The notes under the pieces are model-generated. The model saw only the letters and a list, made by a program, of their open reading frames with translations. It did no database searches and was not told the origin of the DNA. DNA of 39,197 bases from Alloascoidea hylecoeti (taxonomy: Eukaryota), in contig BCKZ01000009.1 in assembly GCA_001600815.1 (NCBI GenBank), forward strand, positions 910,803 through 949,999. Reading direction: 5' to 3'. Made by a program: the position numbers and the translations under genes. Shown one piece after another: positions 1 to 9,692 of this stretch (within the stretch, counting starts at the first letter, position 1; each line of letters starts with the position of its first letter).

Positions 1-88
1 TCTAATGTTTATATTGCTAATGACTCCTATAATTTAATGTTAGTGATATATATTACAAATGTTATTACAAATGTTAATAATACTAGTA

Positions 89-2470
89 CTAATCACTAGT
101 ATTATCATCTTCAATACATTCAACAAATTCAGGAACTTTACAAACAATTTGTTCCAATCTTAAATAAGCAATTTTAATAAATTCACAACCTCTTGCTCTT
201 AATTTTAAAAACCATCTATAATCTTGTACTAAATTTTTATATTCAATTGAATCTTCAACATTTATAGCTAATTGAACCATTGATATTGTAAAAGTACCAA
301 CAAATAATAAATTATCAGTTGTTGATGAATGCCAAAAACCTTCTAAATGGCAAGGTTTAAAAGATAAAATTAAATTAATTGTTTTTTTAATTTCATTTTT
401 ACAATTTAAATGATAATTTTTAATTAATTGAATTGAATCATTTGATTTTATTGATTGAATTAATCTTTTTAAAATATATAAATTTGCAATATGATATTGT
501 AAAAATAAAAATCCAGTTGAATAAATTTTTTGATTTTTTTCTACTATTGATGATGTTGATGATATTGATGATAATGTTAATATTATTGATGCTGGTAAAT
601 TATTATACCAGTATTTTAATTTTTTAAATAAAATTTCAGATATTGGTATTAAAGATTTTAAATCTGTTTTTAATTTTAAAGAATTTAAACAAAATAATTC
701 AGAAATCATTTCATCTATAATTATACTTAAATTAATCATATGAAGAAAAGTTAATTTACCTAATTTTTCATCATCATCATCATCATCATCCATAATTCTT
801 GATAATTTTTCATTATTATTAGAATTTGAAATTGAAGAATAATTTGGGAATTGATTTAAATCATTTATATTTAATTTTGAAGTTATAAAATTTTTATCAA
901 TTATTAAATGAATTGGTCTTGATTCATTTAATGCTAACCATTTTTCTTCACAATATAAAGACCATTCAATTCTTTTTCTTAAACCAATTTCCCAATTTGG
1001 TATATTCCATTTTAAACATTCTAATCCTAAACCTAAAATTTGAGAAATTGAAATTAATTGATTACATATAATCCATTTTGATGGATTATTAATTAAAAAT
1101 TGTAATAATAATAAACCAGATTGTAATGTACTTAATTTTGATTTTTGTAAATTTTTTTCAAATAATTCTAAAGTTTTTTGGAAAAGTTTTTTAAAATTTG
1201 GTTTTTTAAATTGATATTTTAATAATTTTAAATCATAATCCCAATAATTTAAAGAAATTAAATATATAATTGATAATAATGATGATGATATTTCACGATG
1301 AGTTCGTTTGTATTTTTCAATTAATACTGATTTATTTAAAATTGGATAAAATGGATGAATAAATTTAAAATATAAATTGAAAAGAATTGAACCAAATGGT
1401 GCAACTAATTTTTCAATTATATCACAATCATTAATTTCTTCAAGTATTAAATTTTTATTAATTTTTTCATCAAAATTATCATTATCAAAATCAAAATCAT
1501 AATTATTTTGATTTTGATTTTGATTATGATCTGGTTGTTGTTCTAAATAATCATTACGTAATTGGAAATAAACATTATCATCAACTTTTCTAATATCCAA
1601 TTTTGGAGATATTTTAATTTCATTATCATTATCATTATCATTATCATTATCATTATCATTATCATTTAAATTTAAATTTGAATTAAATTGAAATTTATTT
1701 AAAAATAATAAATCAAATAAAGAATTTGAACCAATAATTGAACTTGATTTTGAAAATTGTAAAGCTAAAGATTGTTTTAGTAAAGATTTACCAGGATATT
1801 GTTGATAGTCAGTAATTGGATTAATATTTGAAATTTTAGATTGTTCATATTTTCCTTCACCAGATTTTTTCCTTGTTAACATGATTTCATTTGATTTTGA
1901 TTTTTTTAAATGGATTTTTTTCGGTGCATTTGCATTTACATTTACGTTTGAAGTTGCATTTGGATGTGCGCTTGAAGTTTGATTTACATATGAGGTTGTG
2001 CTTTGATTTGGATGTGAGGAAACAAGTGGAGATTTTTCGGCATTTGGAGTAGTGACCAAAGGAGTCGTTGGTACCTTGAATCGGAATTGATAGTGATCGT
2101 GCTGATCATATGGATCGTTATGGGGTTGTTGATAAAGTTGAGGATTTCTGTTATTTACTGGGGAATGAACATTTGTAGACAAATTAGAAGCCGAGAAGTT
2201 TGAAGTCGTTGAGTTTGAAACCCATTGGGGCCGGTTGAACTGAGGAGGATTGAATTGAGGGTGTACGGGGAAGTTCTGTAGGATGTCGTCATCCAGGAAA
2301 AACGGGTTATTCGGGTTGAAGTTGAGGTTGAAGTCGGATTGGAAGAACTGAGGGTTGTTGAAGTTGTCCAAGCCTTGGTACCTCGGCTCGTCCCTCGGCT
2401 CGTCCCTCGGCTCGTCCCTCGGCTCGTCCCTGCAGTTACTGTGTGGGCTGCTGTCTGTGCGTACGTCCAT
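89..2470 (-). CDS. DAL81: Dal81/TamA-like fungal transcriptional co-activator (middle-homology domain present, no Zn2Cys6 cluster)
   Basis: Segments DYQQYPGKSLLKQSLALQFSKSS, IEKLVAPFGSILFNLYFKFIHPFYPILNKSVLIEKYKRTHRE, KLSTLQSGLLLLQ and LGLGLECLKWNIPNWEIGLRKRIEWSLYCEEKWLALNESRPIHL match the Dal81 family as recalled. The first ATG (MDVRTD) is at 2470; the ORF track starts at a TTG at 2494. Confidence 0.8.
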   Translation of the reverse strand: MDVRTDSSPHSNCRDEPRDEPRDEPRDEPRYQGLDNFNNPQFFQSDFNLNFNPNNPFFLDDDILQNFPVHPQFNPPQFNRPQWVSNSTTSNFSASNLSTNVHSPVNNRNPQLYQQPHNDPYDQHDHYQFRFKVPTTPLVTTPNAEKSPLVSSHPNQSTTSYVNQTSSAHPNATSNVNVNANAPKKIHLKKSKSNEIMLTRKKSGEGKYEQSKISNINPITDYQQYPGKSLLKQSLALQFSKSSSIIGSNSLFDLLFLNKFQFNSNLNLNDNDNDNDNDNDNDNEIKISPKLDIRKVDDNVYFQLRNDYLEQQPDHNQNQNQNNYDFDFDNDNFDEKINKNLILEEINDCDIIEKLVAPFGSILFNLYFKFIHPFYPILNKSVLIEKYKRTHREISSSLLSIIYLISLNYWDYDLKLLKYQFKKPNFKKLFQKTLELFEKNLQKSKLSTLQSGLLLLQFLINNPSKWIICNQLISISQILGLGLECLKWNIPNWEIGLRKRIEWSLYCEEKWLALNESRPIHLIIDKNFITSKLNINDLNQFPNYSSISNSNNNEKLSRIMDDDDDDDEKLGKLTFLHMINLSIIIDEMISELFCLNSLKLKTDLKSLIPISEILFKKLKYWYNNLPASIILTLSSISSTSSIVEKNQKIYSTGFLFLQYHIANLYILKRLIQSIKSNDSIQLIKNYHLNCKNEIKKTINLILSFKPCHLEGFWHSSTTDNLLFVGTFTISMVQLAINVEDSIEYKNLVQDYRWFLKLRARGCEFIKIAYLRLEQIVCKVPEFVECIEDDNTSD
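1620..1666. repeat. (TCATTA)n hexamer microsatellite encoding an Asn-Asp run in the DAL81-like ORF
   Basis: Direct reading of about 7-8 tandem TCATTA units; the protein shows NDNDNDNDNDNDNDN. Confidence 0.9.
2381..2430. repeat. 12-bp tandem repeat (CCTCGGCTCGTC) x4 encoding RDEP x4
   Basis: Four consecutive exact units in the sequence. Confidence 0.92.
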
Positions 2471-2587
2471 TTCCACCCGACAAACGACAAACAATGGACC
2501 ACAACAGCAGGCAGCCTCACGGCCTCAATTAGTTATTCATGCACCGTCGATAGCACAACCGCACCGACGGCACCCGCAGTTATGCAG

Positions 2588-2715
2588 CCACGTGCCCCAC
2601 GTGCCCCACGTGCTTCCACATCTTCCACGTGCACAGACCCACGTGCACCCACATCTTCCACGTGCACAGACCCCACGTGCACAGACCCCACGTGCCCCCA
2701 CGTGCCCCCACGTGC
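2588..2715. promoter_or_regulatory. Array of ten CCACGTGC E-box motifs in the DAL81-PBR1 bidirectional promoter
   Basis: CACGTG cores start at 2589, 2598, 2607, 2626, 2640, 2659, 2674, 2689, 2699 and 2709, each flanked as CCACGTGC, within a 289-bp divergent intergenic region. Confidence 0.75.
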
Positions 2716-2759
2716 CACGGCGACTCTTCTCTCGCAACGTTTACTTTCCTTTCCATGAG

Positions 2760-4019
2760 ATGCCCGTCAACATCATCTACACGTTTGCCGTCAAGGGCTG
2801 GGAAGGAATCCCCTTCGCCGACTCGCTCAAGACTTACCTGCCCCCCCTGCTCGTCCTCGGTATCCTCAAGTACATCTTCTCCTCAACAAAAAACACCTGG
2901 GAACGCGAATTGCATGGAAGGGTCTTCCTGATCACCGGTGCCACGTCTGGCTTAGGACAATCCGTCACTGAAGATTTGGCGAAAAAAGGTGCCCAATTGG
3001 TACTTCTTGTACGTTCAACTTCTAACTGTTTCATACAGGAATCCGTTCAAGAATTACGGGAACGCACTAAAAACAACATGATTTATATCGAAGAATGCGA
3101 TTTAGCTTCTTTATATTCGGTTCGAACTTTTGCAACCAGATGGCTTGATAATAAACCTGCACGTAGAATTGATGGAATTATATGTTGTGCTGCTGTTTCC
3201 CAACCAATTCATTTCCCAAGAAATACAACTCCTGATGGAATTGAAATTCAAACTCAAGTTAATTTCTTAGCTCAATATCATTTATTAAACCTATTAGAAC
3301 CTGCTTTTAAAGCTCAACCTCCTGATAGAGATGTTAGAATCATTTTAGTAACTTGTGTTTCAAATGCTTTAGCTGATTTAAATATTAATGATATATCATG
3401 GGAGAAAAGAAAATATCCTTTAAATCAACCATGGAAAGTATATGGTGCCTCAAAATTAGCTTTATCAATGTATGGAATTTATTTGCAAAAAAAATTGATA
3501 GATTTTAAAAGACCTGATAATATGCCAAATAATACCCATGTTATAATAACAAATCCTGGAATTATGAGATCTCCATCTTTTACAAGATTTATATCTTTTG
3601 GTTCATTATGGGCTTTATTGATTTATATTATAACCTATCCAATATGGTGGTTATTTTTAGATAATTCTTTTGGTGGTTCACAAACTGTTCTGAATGCTCT
3701 AATGTGTCCTGAATATACTTCAACAAATGATAATCCAACAAAATCTCCAGTTTTTTTACAAAATTGTCAAGTTATTAAACCTGCAAGAAATGAATTAAAA
3801 ATTAATGAAACTTCTGAATTTTTAAGAAATCAATTAATTGAAAAATCTGAAATTTTAGTATTAAATTATGAAAAAGAGGGTTTTAAAGCAAGAAAAAGGG
3901 AAGAAAAATTAAAATCTAAAAAATCTTCTTCATCTTCTGGATCAACTCCAAAATCTTCAACTCCAAAATCTACAGAAAAATCTTCATCTAAATCTACATC
4001 TAAATCTACATCTAAATAA
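2760..4019 (+). CDS. PBR1: Pbr1 (YNL181W)-like ER short-chain dehydrogenase/reductase
   Basis: MPVNII...NTWERELHGRVFLITGATSGLG (Rossmann motif), CDLASLYSVRTFATRWLDNKPARRIDG, QPPDRDVRII and the YxxxK motif YGASK. The true start is the ATG at 2760. Confidence 0.88.
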   Translation: MPVNIIYTFAVKGWEGIPFADSLKTYLPPLLVLGILKYIFSSTKNTWERELHGRVFLITGATSGLGQSVTEDLAKKGAQLVLLVRSTSNCFIQESVQELRERTKNNMIYIEECDLASLYSVRTFATRWLDNKPARRIDGIICCAAVSQPIHFPRNTTPDGIEIQTQVNFLAQYHLLNLLEPAFKAQPPDRDVRIILVTCVSNALADLNINDISWEKRKYPLNQPWKVYGASKLALSMYGIYLQKKLIDFKRPDNMPNNTHVIITNPGIMRSPSFTRFISFGSLWALLIYIITYPIWWLFLDNSFGGSQTVLNALMCPEYTSTNDNPTKSPVFLQNCQVIKPARNELKINETSEFLRNQLIEKSEILVLNYEKEGFKARKREEKLKSKKSSSSSGSTPKSSTPKSTEKSSSKSTSKSTSK

Positions 4020-4199
4020 TTAGAATAAGCATCAATATATATTATAACTCATATTTTCTCATTTATATTTTTACATACAACTAATTCTGGTTTAAAATTG
4101 CTACTGGTAAACTATTTTGTATACCACTCCAAATAGAAATGACAATATTCTCCCATGTAATATAAAAGACCACTGAATACCTTAAATTCTTAACATATT

Positions 4200-4665
4200 G
4201 AATTATGTTTCGTAGATACCAGATACTATAGATTATATTAGTGTATAAAAAATGAAAATTTAAATCTAGTATTTAATACTTGCATCCATAACCCTCTCTA
4301 TAAATGACTTCCAATCTTCAAGATCATAACAATAAAAGAGACATAAATATTAAATATCCGCTATGGAAGCCTCATAATCGCAATTGATGAACCTTTTTGA
4401 AACTCCAAATGATCTTAGTTGTATAAATTAGAATCAACAATAATTTCAATATTAATGTCAGAATATAGTCATTTTATTCCAATTCTCTATAATGTATTTA
4501 TTTAATAATTAATTAACCCTTATTAGTTTCAAACACGATTCTTTATCAATAAAAAAAAAAATGAAAAAGAATCTTTTTGAAGTACTAATAACAAAGATAG
4601 TATTAATTATATTAGCAAAATAAATAAATAGTTGAATAAAAGACAAATCATCATATATTAATTAC
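4200..4665 (+). repeat. Diverged non-coding direct repeat, copy 1 (copy 2 at about 8690-9025)
   Basis: Collinear shared blocks: ATGTTTCGTAGATA, AATCTAGTA, AAAGAGACA, AAGCC(T/A)CATAATCG, TGATGAAC..TTTTGA..TCCAAAT, GAATAAAAGACAAATCATCATATATT. Confidence 0.75.
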
Positions 4666-4994
4666 CACTATAAATAGCGAGGATCTATAGAGGAAGGCAT
4701 AATTAAGAAGGCTATCAAAACCATTAGTTAGAAACTTCCTAAAAGAAATGAAATTTGTCCCAAATCCAATAAAATTTATAAATGACAATATGGCAGCTCT
4801 TTCTGTTGCAGATCACTATAATAGATTTCCCAACAAAATCTTTTCAAAAGACTTCAAAGGAACGTTCATAGGCTTTGAAAAAAAAGCAAAATAGCTAAAA
4901 TTATTTAAAAAAAAAAAAAAAAAAAAAAAAACACGAATTATAAAGATAGTGCTAGTTTCTACGCTTGTTCTCATTTATACAATTGCGATTTGAT

Positions 4995-5194
4995 ATGCTA
5001 ATATATTCGAGCAAAGGCCTGCTTTGAACACTCTAATTTTTTCAAAGTAAAAGTCCTGGATCGCCACTACACCTGTTAAGGGCATAATGGTTAACCAGAA
5101 GGAAAGGCTCGATTACATTCCAGTACTCGCCAAAAAGGCGGACCAGGTAACCAAGCCCAAGGTTCAACTACGAGCTTTTTAACTGCAACAACTT
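4995..5194 (-). pseudogene. Isolated 200-bp fragment of 18S rRNA (V4 region), non-functional insert
   Basis: The reverse complement reads AAGTTGTTGCAGTTAAAAAGCTCGTAGTTGAACCTTGGG...ACTTTTACTTTGAAAAAATTAGAGTGTTCAAAGCAGGCCTTTGCTCGAATATATTAGCAT, the conserved fungal SSU blocks flanking V4. Homology stops abruptly at both ends. Confidence 0.93.
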
Positions 5195-5576
5195 CCATAG
5201 TTTCCCTTCTCGTAACTACTCTCGTGCCTTCAAGCTTCACAGTCTTACCATTGTAGTCTCATCAAAGGCCTCTTAGAGGTCTTAAAAAAGTTTTACAGTC
5301 GCTAAAAGGCTGGGATACCTTGTAATTATACCTCTATTATAACTACCCACGCCTTCAACTGTTCCTTATAACGTAGTGTAACTTACAGTAAATACTGTTT
5401 TTACCGATTTATGGCAGAATATAGTAGACTCTCATTTTTTTTTTATCTATAGTAGCTACCTCTACTCACCGAATTTAACAGAGACGAGGATTAAATATAA
5501 TACTTCATAAACCCCTTATTTTTTTTTCCACTTGTTATTGCAGAAAAGCATTAATATTATTGACAACTACCAGTAC

Positions 5577-6842
5577 ATGTCCTCACTCCAGAATCTTCAG
5601 ATCAAAATCGATTATGTTTCCGATCTCCCTGTTGAAATATCTGAAATAATCTTCTCATATTTGCCACCTAAAACTTTACTTAATTGTAGAAGAGTATCTA
5701 AATCATGGAAACAAATAGCTGAAAATGATAATATATGGAAATCGAAATTTCAAGATCAAAAATATTGGAAATACTATAATGATGAGTCCAAACCTGATTC
5801 TTGGTATGAATTATACAAAGAACGGTGTCTTTTAGAATTGAATTGGAAAAATGATATATTTACAGAGCATAAATTAACTGGTCATTCTGCTGAAACATAT
5901 TGCGTTAAATTTTATAAAAACTGGATTATAACTGGTTCAAAAGATTGTACCATACGAATTTGGGATAATGAAACTTTTGAATGTCTAAGAGTATTAGGAA
6001 AACTAAACCATGAGATTACAAGAGACTATTTATCAGAATTTGAAATGTTGGAATTAACAGAAAAGAATGATACCATATTTCATTTTGATAATGTTTCATA
6101 TTTAGATATAAATGATAAATATTTGATTTCCGGCTCATTTGATGGGACTTGCATAATTTGGAGATTACCTGATTTTAAATCAATAGATCGTTTAATATTA
6201 CCAACACAAGCAAATAATTTATTTCTAAGTGGGATAGCTTTATACAATGATTATGTTGTATGTTCTGGTTACGATTATATTGGGGTTTGGAAATCAAGTC
6301 TTGATGATTTGGAACAGCAACTAAAGTTTAATTTTCACCTCCGTATAAAAGGAGAAGGTTGGATTAATGGTATATGTATTTGTAATGGTATTATATATAG
6401 TGAAGTATCCGGAGGTGTGAGATTCTGGAATATTGAAACTGGTCAATTAATCCAAGAATTTCAATTACATTTTTTACATTTCTTTACAGTAAATGATCAA
6501 TACTTATTTGTTAGTCGCTACGATACACTAACAGTTTTGGATTTTCGAACAAATAAAAGAAGTATTTTATCAATTGAAGTAGCAGACTTAGGGCCAGTGC
6601 GATTATTCATAGTTAATAATAAACTCATTACCGTTAATAATGATTTTACTGTTAAGATTTGGAATTTAAATGATCTAAAATTAGATAAAGAATTTAAAAA
6701 CTTAGAACATGAAAAATTAAATTTGTCGCTTACTTCAATTCAAGCTGATTCGAAATTCTTGGCAGCTTTTACTATGGATGGTGATGTTGTTATTTATGAT
6801 TTTACCGCAAATTTAAGGAAAGAATATTTAAAACATTTATGA
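5577..6842 (+). CDS. F-box/WD40 protein, family copy 1 (intact, 421 aa)
   Basis: F-box DYVSDLPVEISEIIFSYLPPKTLLNCRRVSKSWKQIAENDNIW and WD repeats GHSAETYCVKF...ITGSKDCTIRIWD and LISGSFDGTCIIW. The ATG at 5577 matches the paralogue starts (MS...). Confidence 0.9.
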   Translation: MSSLQNLQIKIDYVSDLPVEISEIIFSYLPPKTLLNCRRVSKSWKQIAENDNIWKSKFQDQKYWKYYNDESKPDSWYELYKERCLLELNWKNDIFTEHKLTGHSAETYCVKFYKNWIITGSKDCTIRIWDNETFECLRVLGKLNHEITRDYLSEFEMLELTEKNDTIFHFDNVSYLDINDKYLISGSFDGTCIIWRLPDFKSIDRLILPTQANNLFLSGIALYNDYVVCSGYDYIGVWKSSLDDLEQQLKFNFHLRIKGEGWINGICICNGIIYSEVSGGVRFWNIETGQLIQEFQLHFLHFFTVNDQYLFVSRYDTLTVLDFRTNKRSILSIEVADLGPVRLFIVNNKLITVNNDFTVKIWNLNDLKLDKEFKNLEHEKLNLSLTSIQADSKFLAAFTMDGDVVIYDFTANLRKEYLKHL

Positions 6843-7399
6843 TCTATTTAAAATTGAGAATAGATATATCGTTGCTTAAATAAATTTTAATTCAAATAAA
6901 TTAATTTAATAATATCAACCCTCCATTATTAGGGAAGTGTAACGGGTATAATATTAATGTAACAATGAATTATAATGGAAGAGCATTTGGCTGGTGTATT
7001 GTTGAGGGTTGCAGTTCTCAAAACTGTTTTCCATCCTTATTGGGGAAGTAGTTTTAATTTTTGAATAGATTTAATTTCTTGGTGGACGGTGAGGGTGGAA
7101 AATTCTATTTACTTGATCAGATTTCACCACATAAATTGGAACATTATGTCCTCCCTACCAGCAGAATTTGCTTTTGGGGTAATGATGATATCAATGATAC
7201 ATAAACGTTGCTTCTGAATGAAAATCGCAGTATAACTGAATACTGAGTATTTTAAACGGCACAGACAACTTGGCGGATAATGTTCAGATGTTGAGGGTTA
7301 AAACCTCAATAATGTTAAATTTAAACCTCGAAGGCAACTTATTCTTATTCAAATTTGGAAAACGAATAAAACACAAGATGATGATATTACAGTCCTCAG

Positions 7400-7957
7400 G
7401 ATGAAATCAAACTACCTACGCTGACATAGCAGCGTTTGCACCACAAAATCCTAGGGCATCTATAGACAAGAAATCATTATTAAACAAATATGACATTAAT
7501 GTAACTAGCTCAACTCTGGGCAGAAGTTACAGCATTCCAAACACTGATTCATGGTAATAGTGATATAACAACTAACGAAACAGTAACTAAGGGAATCCAA
7601 GCACTAAATAATGAGAACATCACAGCCATATCTTATTCAAGAAATGGGCATTTAAAAGTTACTTCTAAAAAGAACTTAGAGGATGGTGATATCAAATCGT
7701 TAATTGATGCATGGAAAGATTAGGCATATTAAGTACAGCAAAATGGGAAGGAGAAGTAATTTATTTTGTACCAGTCGAGATAAACCGACACAATGATACA
7801 AGAATCATTAGACGATGACACTAATCTTAAGAACCTGGTGATATCAAAATCCGTAAAAACTATTCAAAAACGAAATCCAGAACCTACAACCTCACCCAAA
7901 CGATTTAGATCGAGAATACTCTTTCCAAATAAAGAGGCACGAGAAATTGCAATGAAA
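7400..7957 (+). mobile_element. Degenerate non-LTR retrotransposon (Tad/LINE-like) ORF1 remnant
   Basis: Across frameshifts and stops it reads TYADIAA...ITAISYSRNGHLKVT...KWEGEVIYFVPVE...FRSRILFPNKEARE, a motif order I recall from fungal LINE gag-like ORF1 proteins. Confidence 0.4.
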
Positions 7958-8300
7958 ATGATCAATACTTATTTGTTAGTAACGATGACAAACTAACAGT
8001 TCTGAATTTACAAACAAATAAAACAAGAGTTTTATCAGATGGAGGACCATTTAAATTAATTTCAGTTAATAGTAAAATCATTACTGTTGATCAGAAATGT
8101 ACTATTAAGATTTTGAATTTAGATGATTTAAAATTATTTAAAAAATTTAAAAATTTAGAACACGAAAGAATAATTTTATGGCCTACTTCAATTGATGCTG
8201 ATTCGAAAAAGTTAGCTGCTTTTACTATGGATGATGATATTGTTATTTATGATTTTACTGAAAATTTAAAAAAAAAAAAAATAAAAAACATTTATAATCT
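7957..8300 (+). pseudogene. F-box/WD40 family copy 2, 3' fragment only
   Basis: NDQYLFVS...LNLQTNKT...TSIDADSKKLAAFTMDDDIVIYDFTENL aligns to the C-terminus of copy 1; the end is frameshifted by a poly-A run. Confidence 0.85.
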
Positions 8301-8689
8301 AATTTAGAATGAAAATGGAAAATTGAAAAAAGATACCGTGATTTAAAGAAATTTCAATTGAAATGATCATTTTATCTATATGCCTATAATTATTTATTAA
8401 TAACAGTTCACAATCTTCATTCTTCTACTCTGGGGTAATAGAATTCATTTAACAAAATAGGTAGACATATCATCAAATGCATTACGTATACTCATAATTA
8501 TGAGTTTTCGCGTTACCGCCATTTTATCGCACTACAAAGAAATGTGTGGTACATGGAACATTATAGGTCGTGGATTCATTGGAATTCGAACAAAATAATA
8601 GTAGAGGTAAAGCTGGCTTAAAAGTAATTTTGGCATCTCTTTAAACACTTCAAATAAAGATGTCAATAAGACCTTGAACGATTCTTGAA

Positions 8690-9025
8690 ATGTTTCGTAG
8701 ATAAAAAGAAATTTTCAATCTAGTACTTAGTGTTGGCCCCCCTTAACCCTATAAGAATATCAATGACATACCTAAGTGGTGGTGTCTCCAATATTTTGAA
8801 AGAGACACAACTATTAAGTCTTGCTTCATTTACTTCATCATATGAAAGCCACATAATCGTAATTCATTTTCGGTGATGAACTTTTTGAGATTCCAAATTT
8901 AAATGGATCCAGGCCCTAAATTTAGAATTACCAGTAACAAGGTTTTTTTAAAATCAGAATTTTATTGCAATCTTTTGGTTGTTTTTAATTATAATGGAAT
9001 AAAAGACAAATCATCATATATTTAG
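8690..9025 (+). repeat. Diverged non-coding direct repeat, copy 2
   Basis: Collinear with 4200-4665; a further short match pairs about 9227-9258 with 4947-4978 (TAGTGCT.GTTTCTA.GC..GTTCTCA). Confidence 0.75.
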
Positions 9026-9692
9026 TTTACAGATACATTCCGGTTCAATGAAGAACACTCAAACTATTCAAAGTTGTGGAGTATTCCCTAACCTAAGCCG
9101 ATAATCATCGACACATAAACATGTGTTAACATTTTTAGCCATTTAGATCAAGTGTTATCTGTTTTGGAACAAGCCAGTTTAACTGTTGCGCTGAAAAATA
9201 CCCCAATTTGTTGGAGTGAAATCTACTAGTGCTGGTTTCTATGCAAGTTCTCAGATATAGTGTTACTGATGATGATAGCTTTTCTATAGATTCCTACAAG
9301 ACACTTCCCGAATCCAGCTTGATACACTATCATTTTATTCCTATGTGGTACCCACTTAAATTCCTGTAGTTTCCTGTAATGATGGTTCTTAAATTATTTA
9401 TATATGAGATTCTAAGGTTTGTGTATGTTCCATAGTAAATAGTTTTTAATTGTTAGCTGTTAATAACGATAGTTCATTTTGTTTTCTGGGTATTCCAATT
9501 TCATACTCGTCATCAGTTTGCTTATGAAAAGGTCAAATTAATTATTAGGTTACACAGCTAATTAATGCATAGCACAATATGCGAATATAAACACATATGA
9601 AAAGCGAAATACTTATTAATTATAACCTTAAAATTTTCCACACACATCCAAACCTTCATATCCAAATTTTCCTCTTCTTCATCTTCATTAAA

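Noticed and set aside
2588..2715. E-box array as a CRISPR array or point-centromere CDEI
   Set aside because: Eukaryotic context, no unique spacers, and no AT-rich CDEII or CDEIII next to it.
2355..2759. 135-aa N-terminal extension of the PBR1 ORF and overlapping short ORFs at 2155-3034
   Set aside because: Read-through of the GC-rich repeat promoter; homology begins at the ATG at 2760.
4907..4931. A25 tract as the poly-A tail of the 18S insert
   Set aside because: Wrong strand (it is poly-T relative to the rRNA sense) and 63 bp away.
4995..5194. Functional 18S rRNA gene
   Set aside because: Only 200 bp, with no other rDNA sequence in the window.
5520..5543. TTGTTATTGCAG as a splice acceptor for F-box copy 1
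   Set aside because: Paralogues have GCAA at this position and no branch site is evident.
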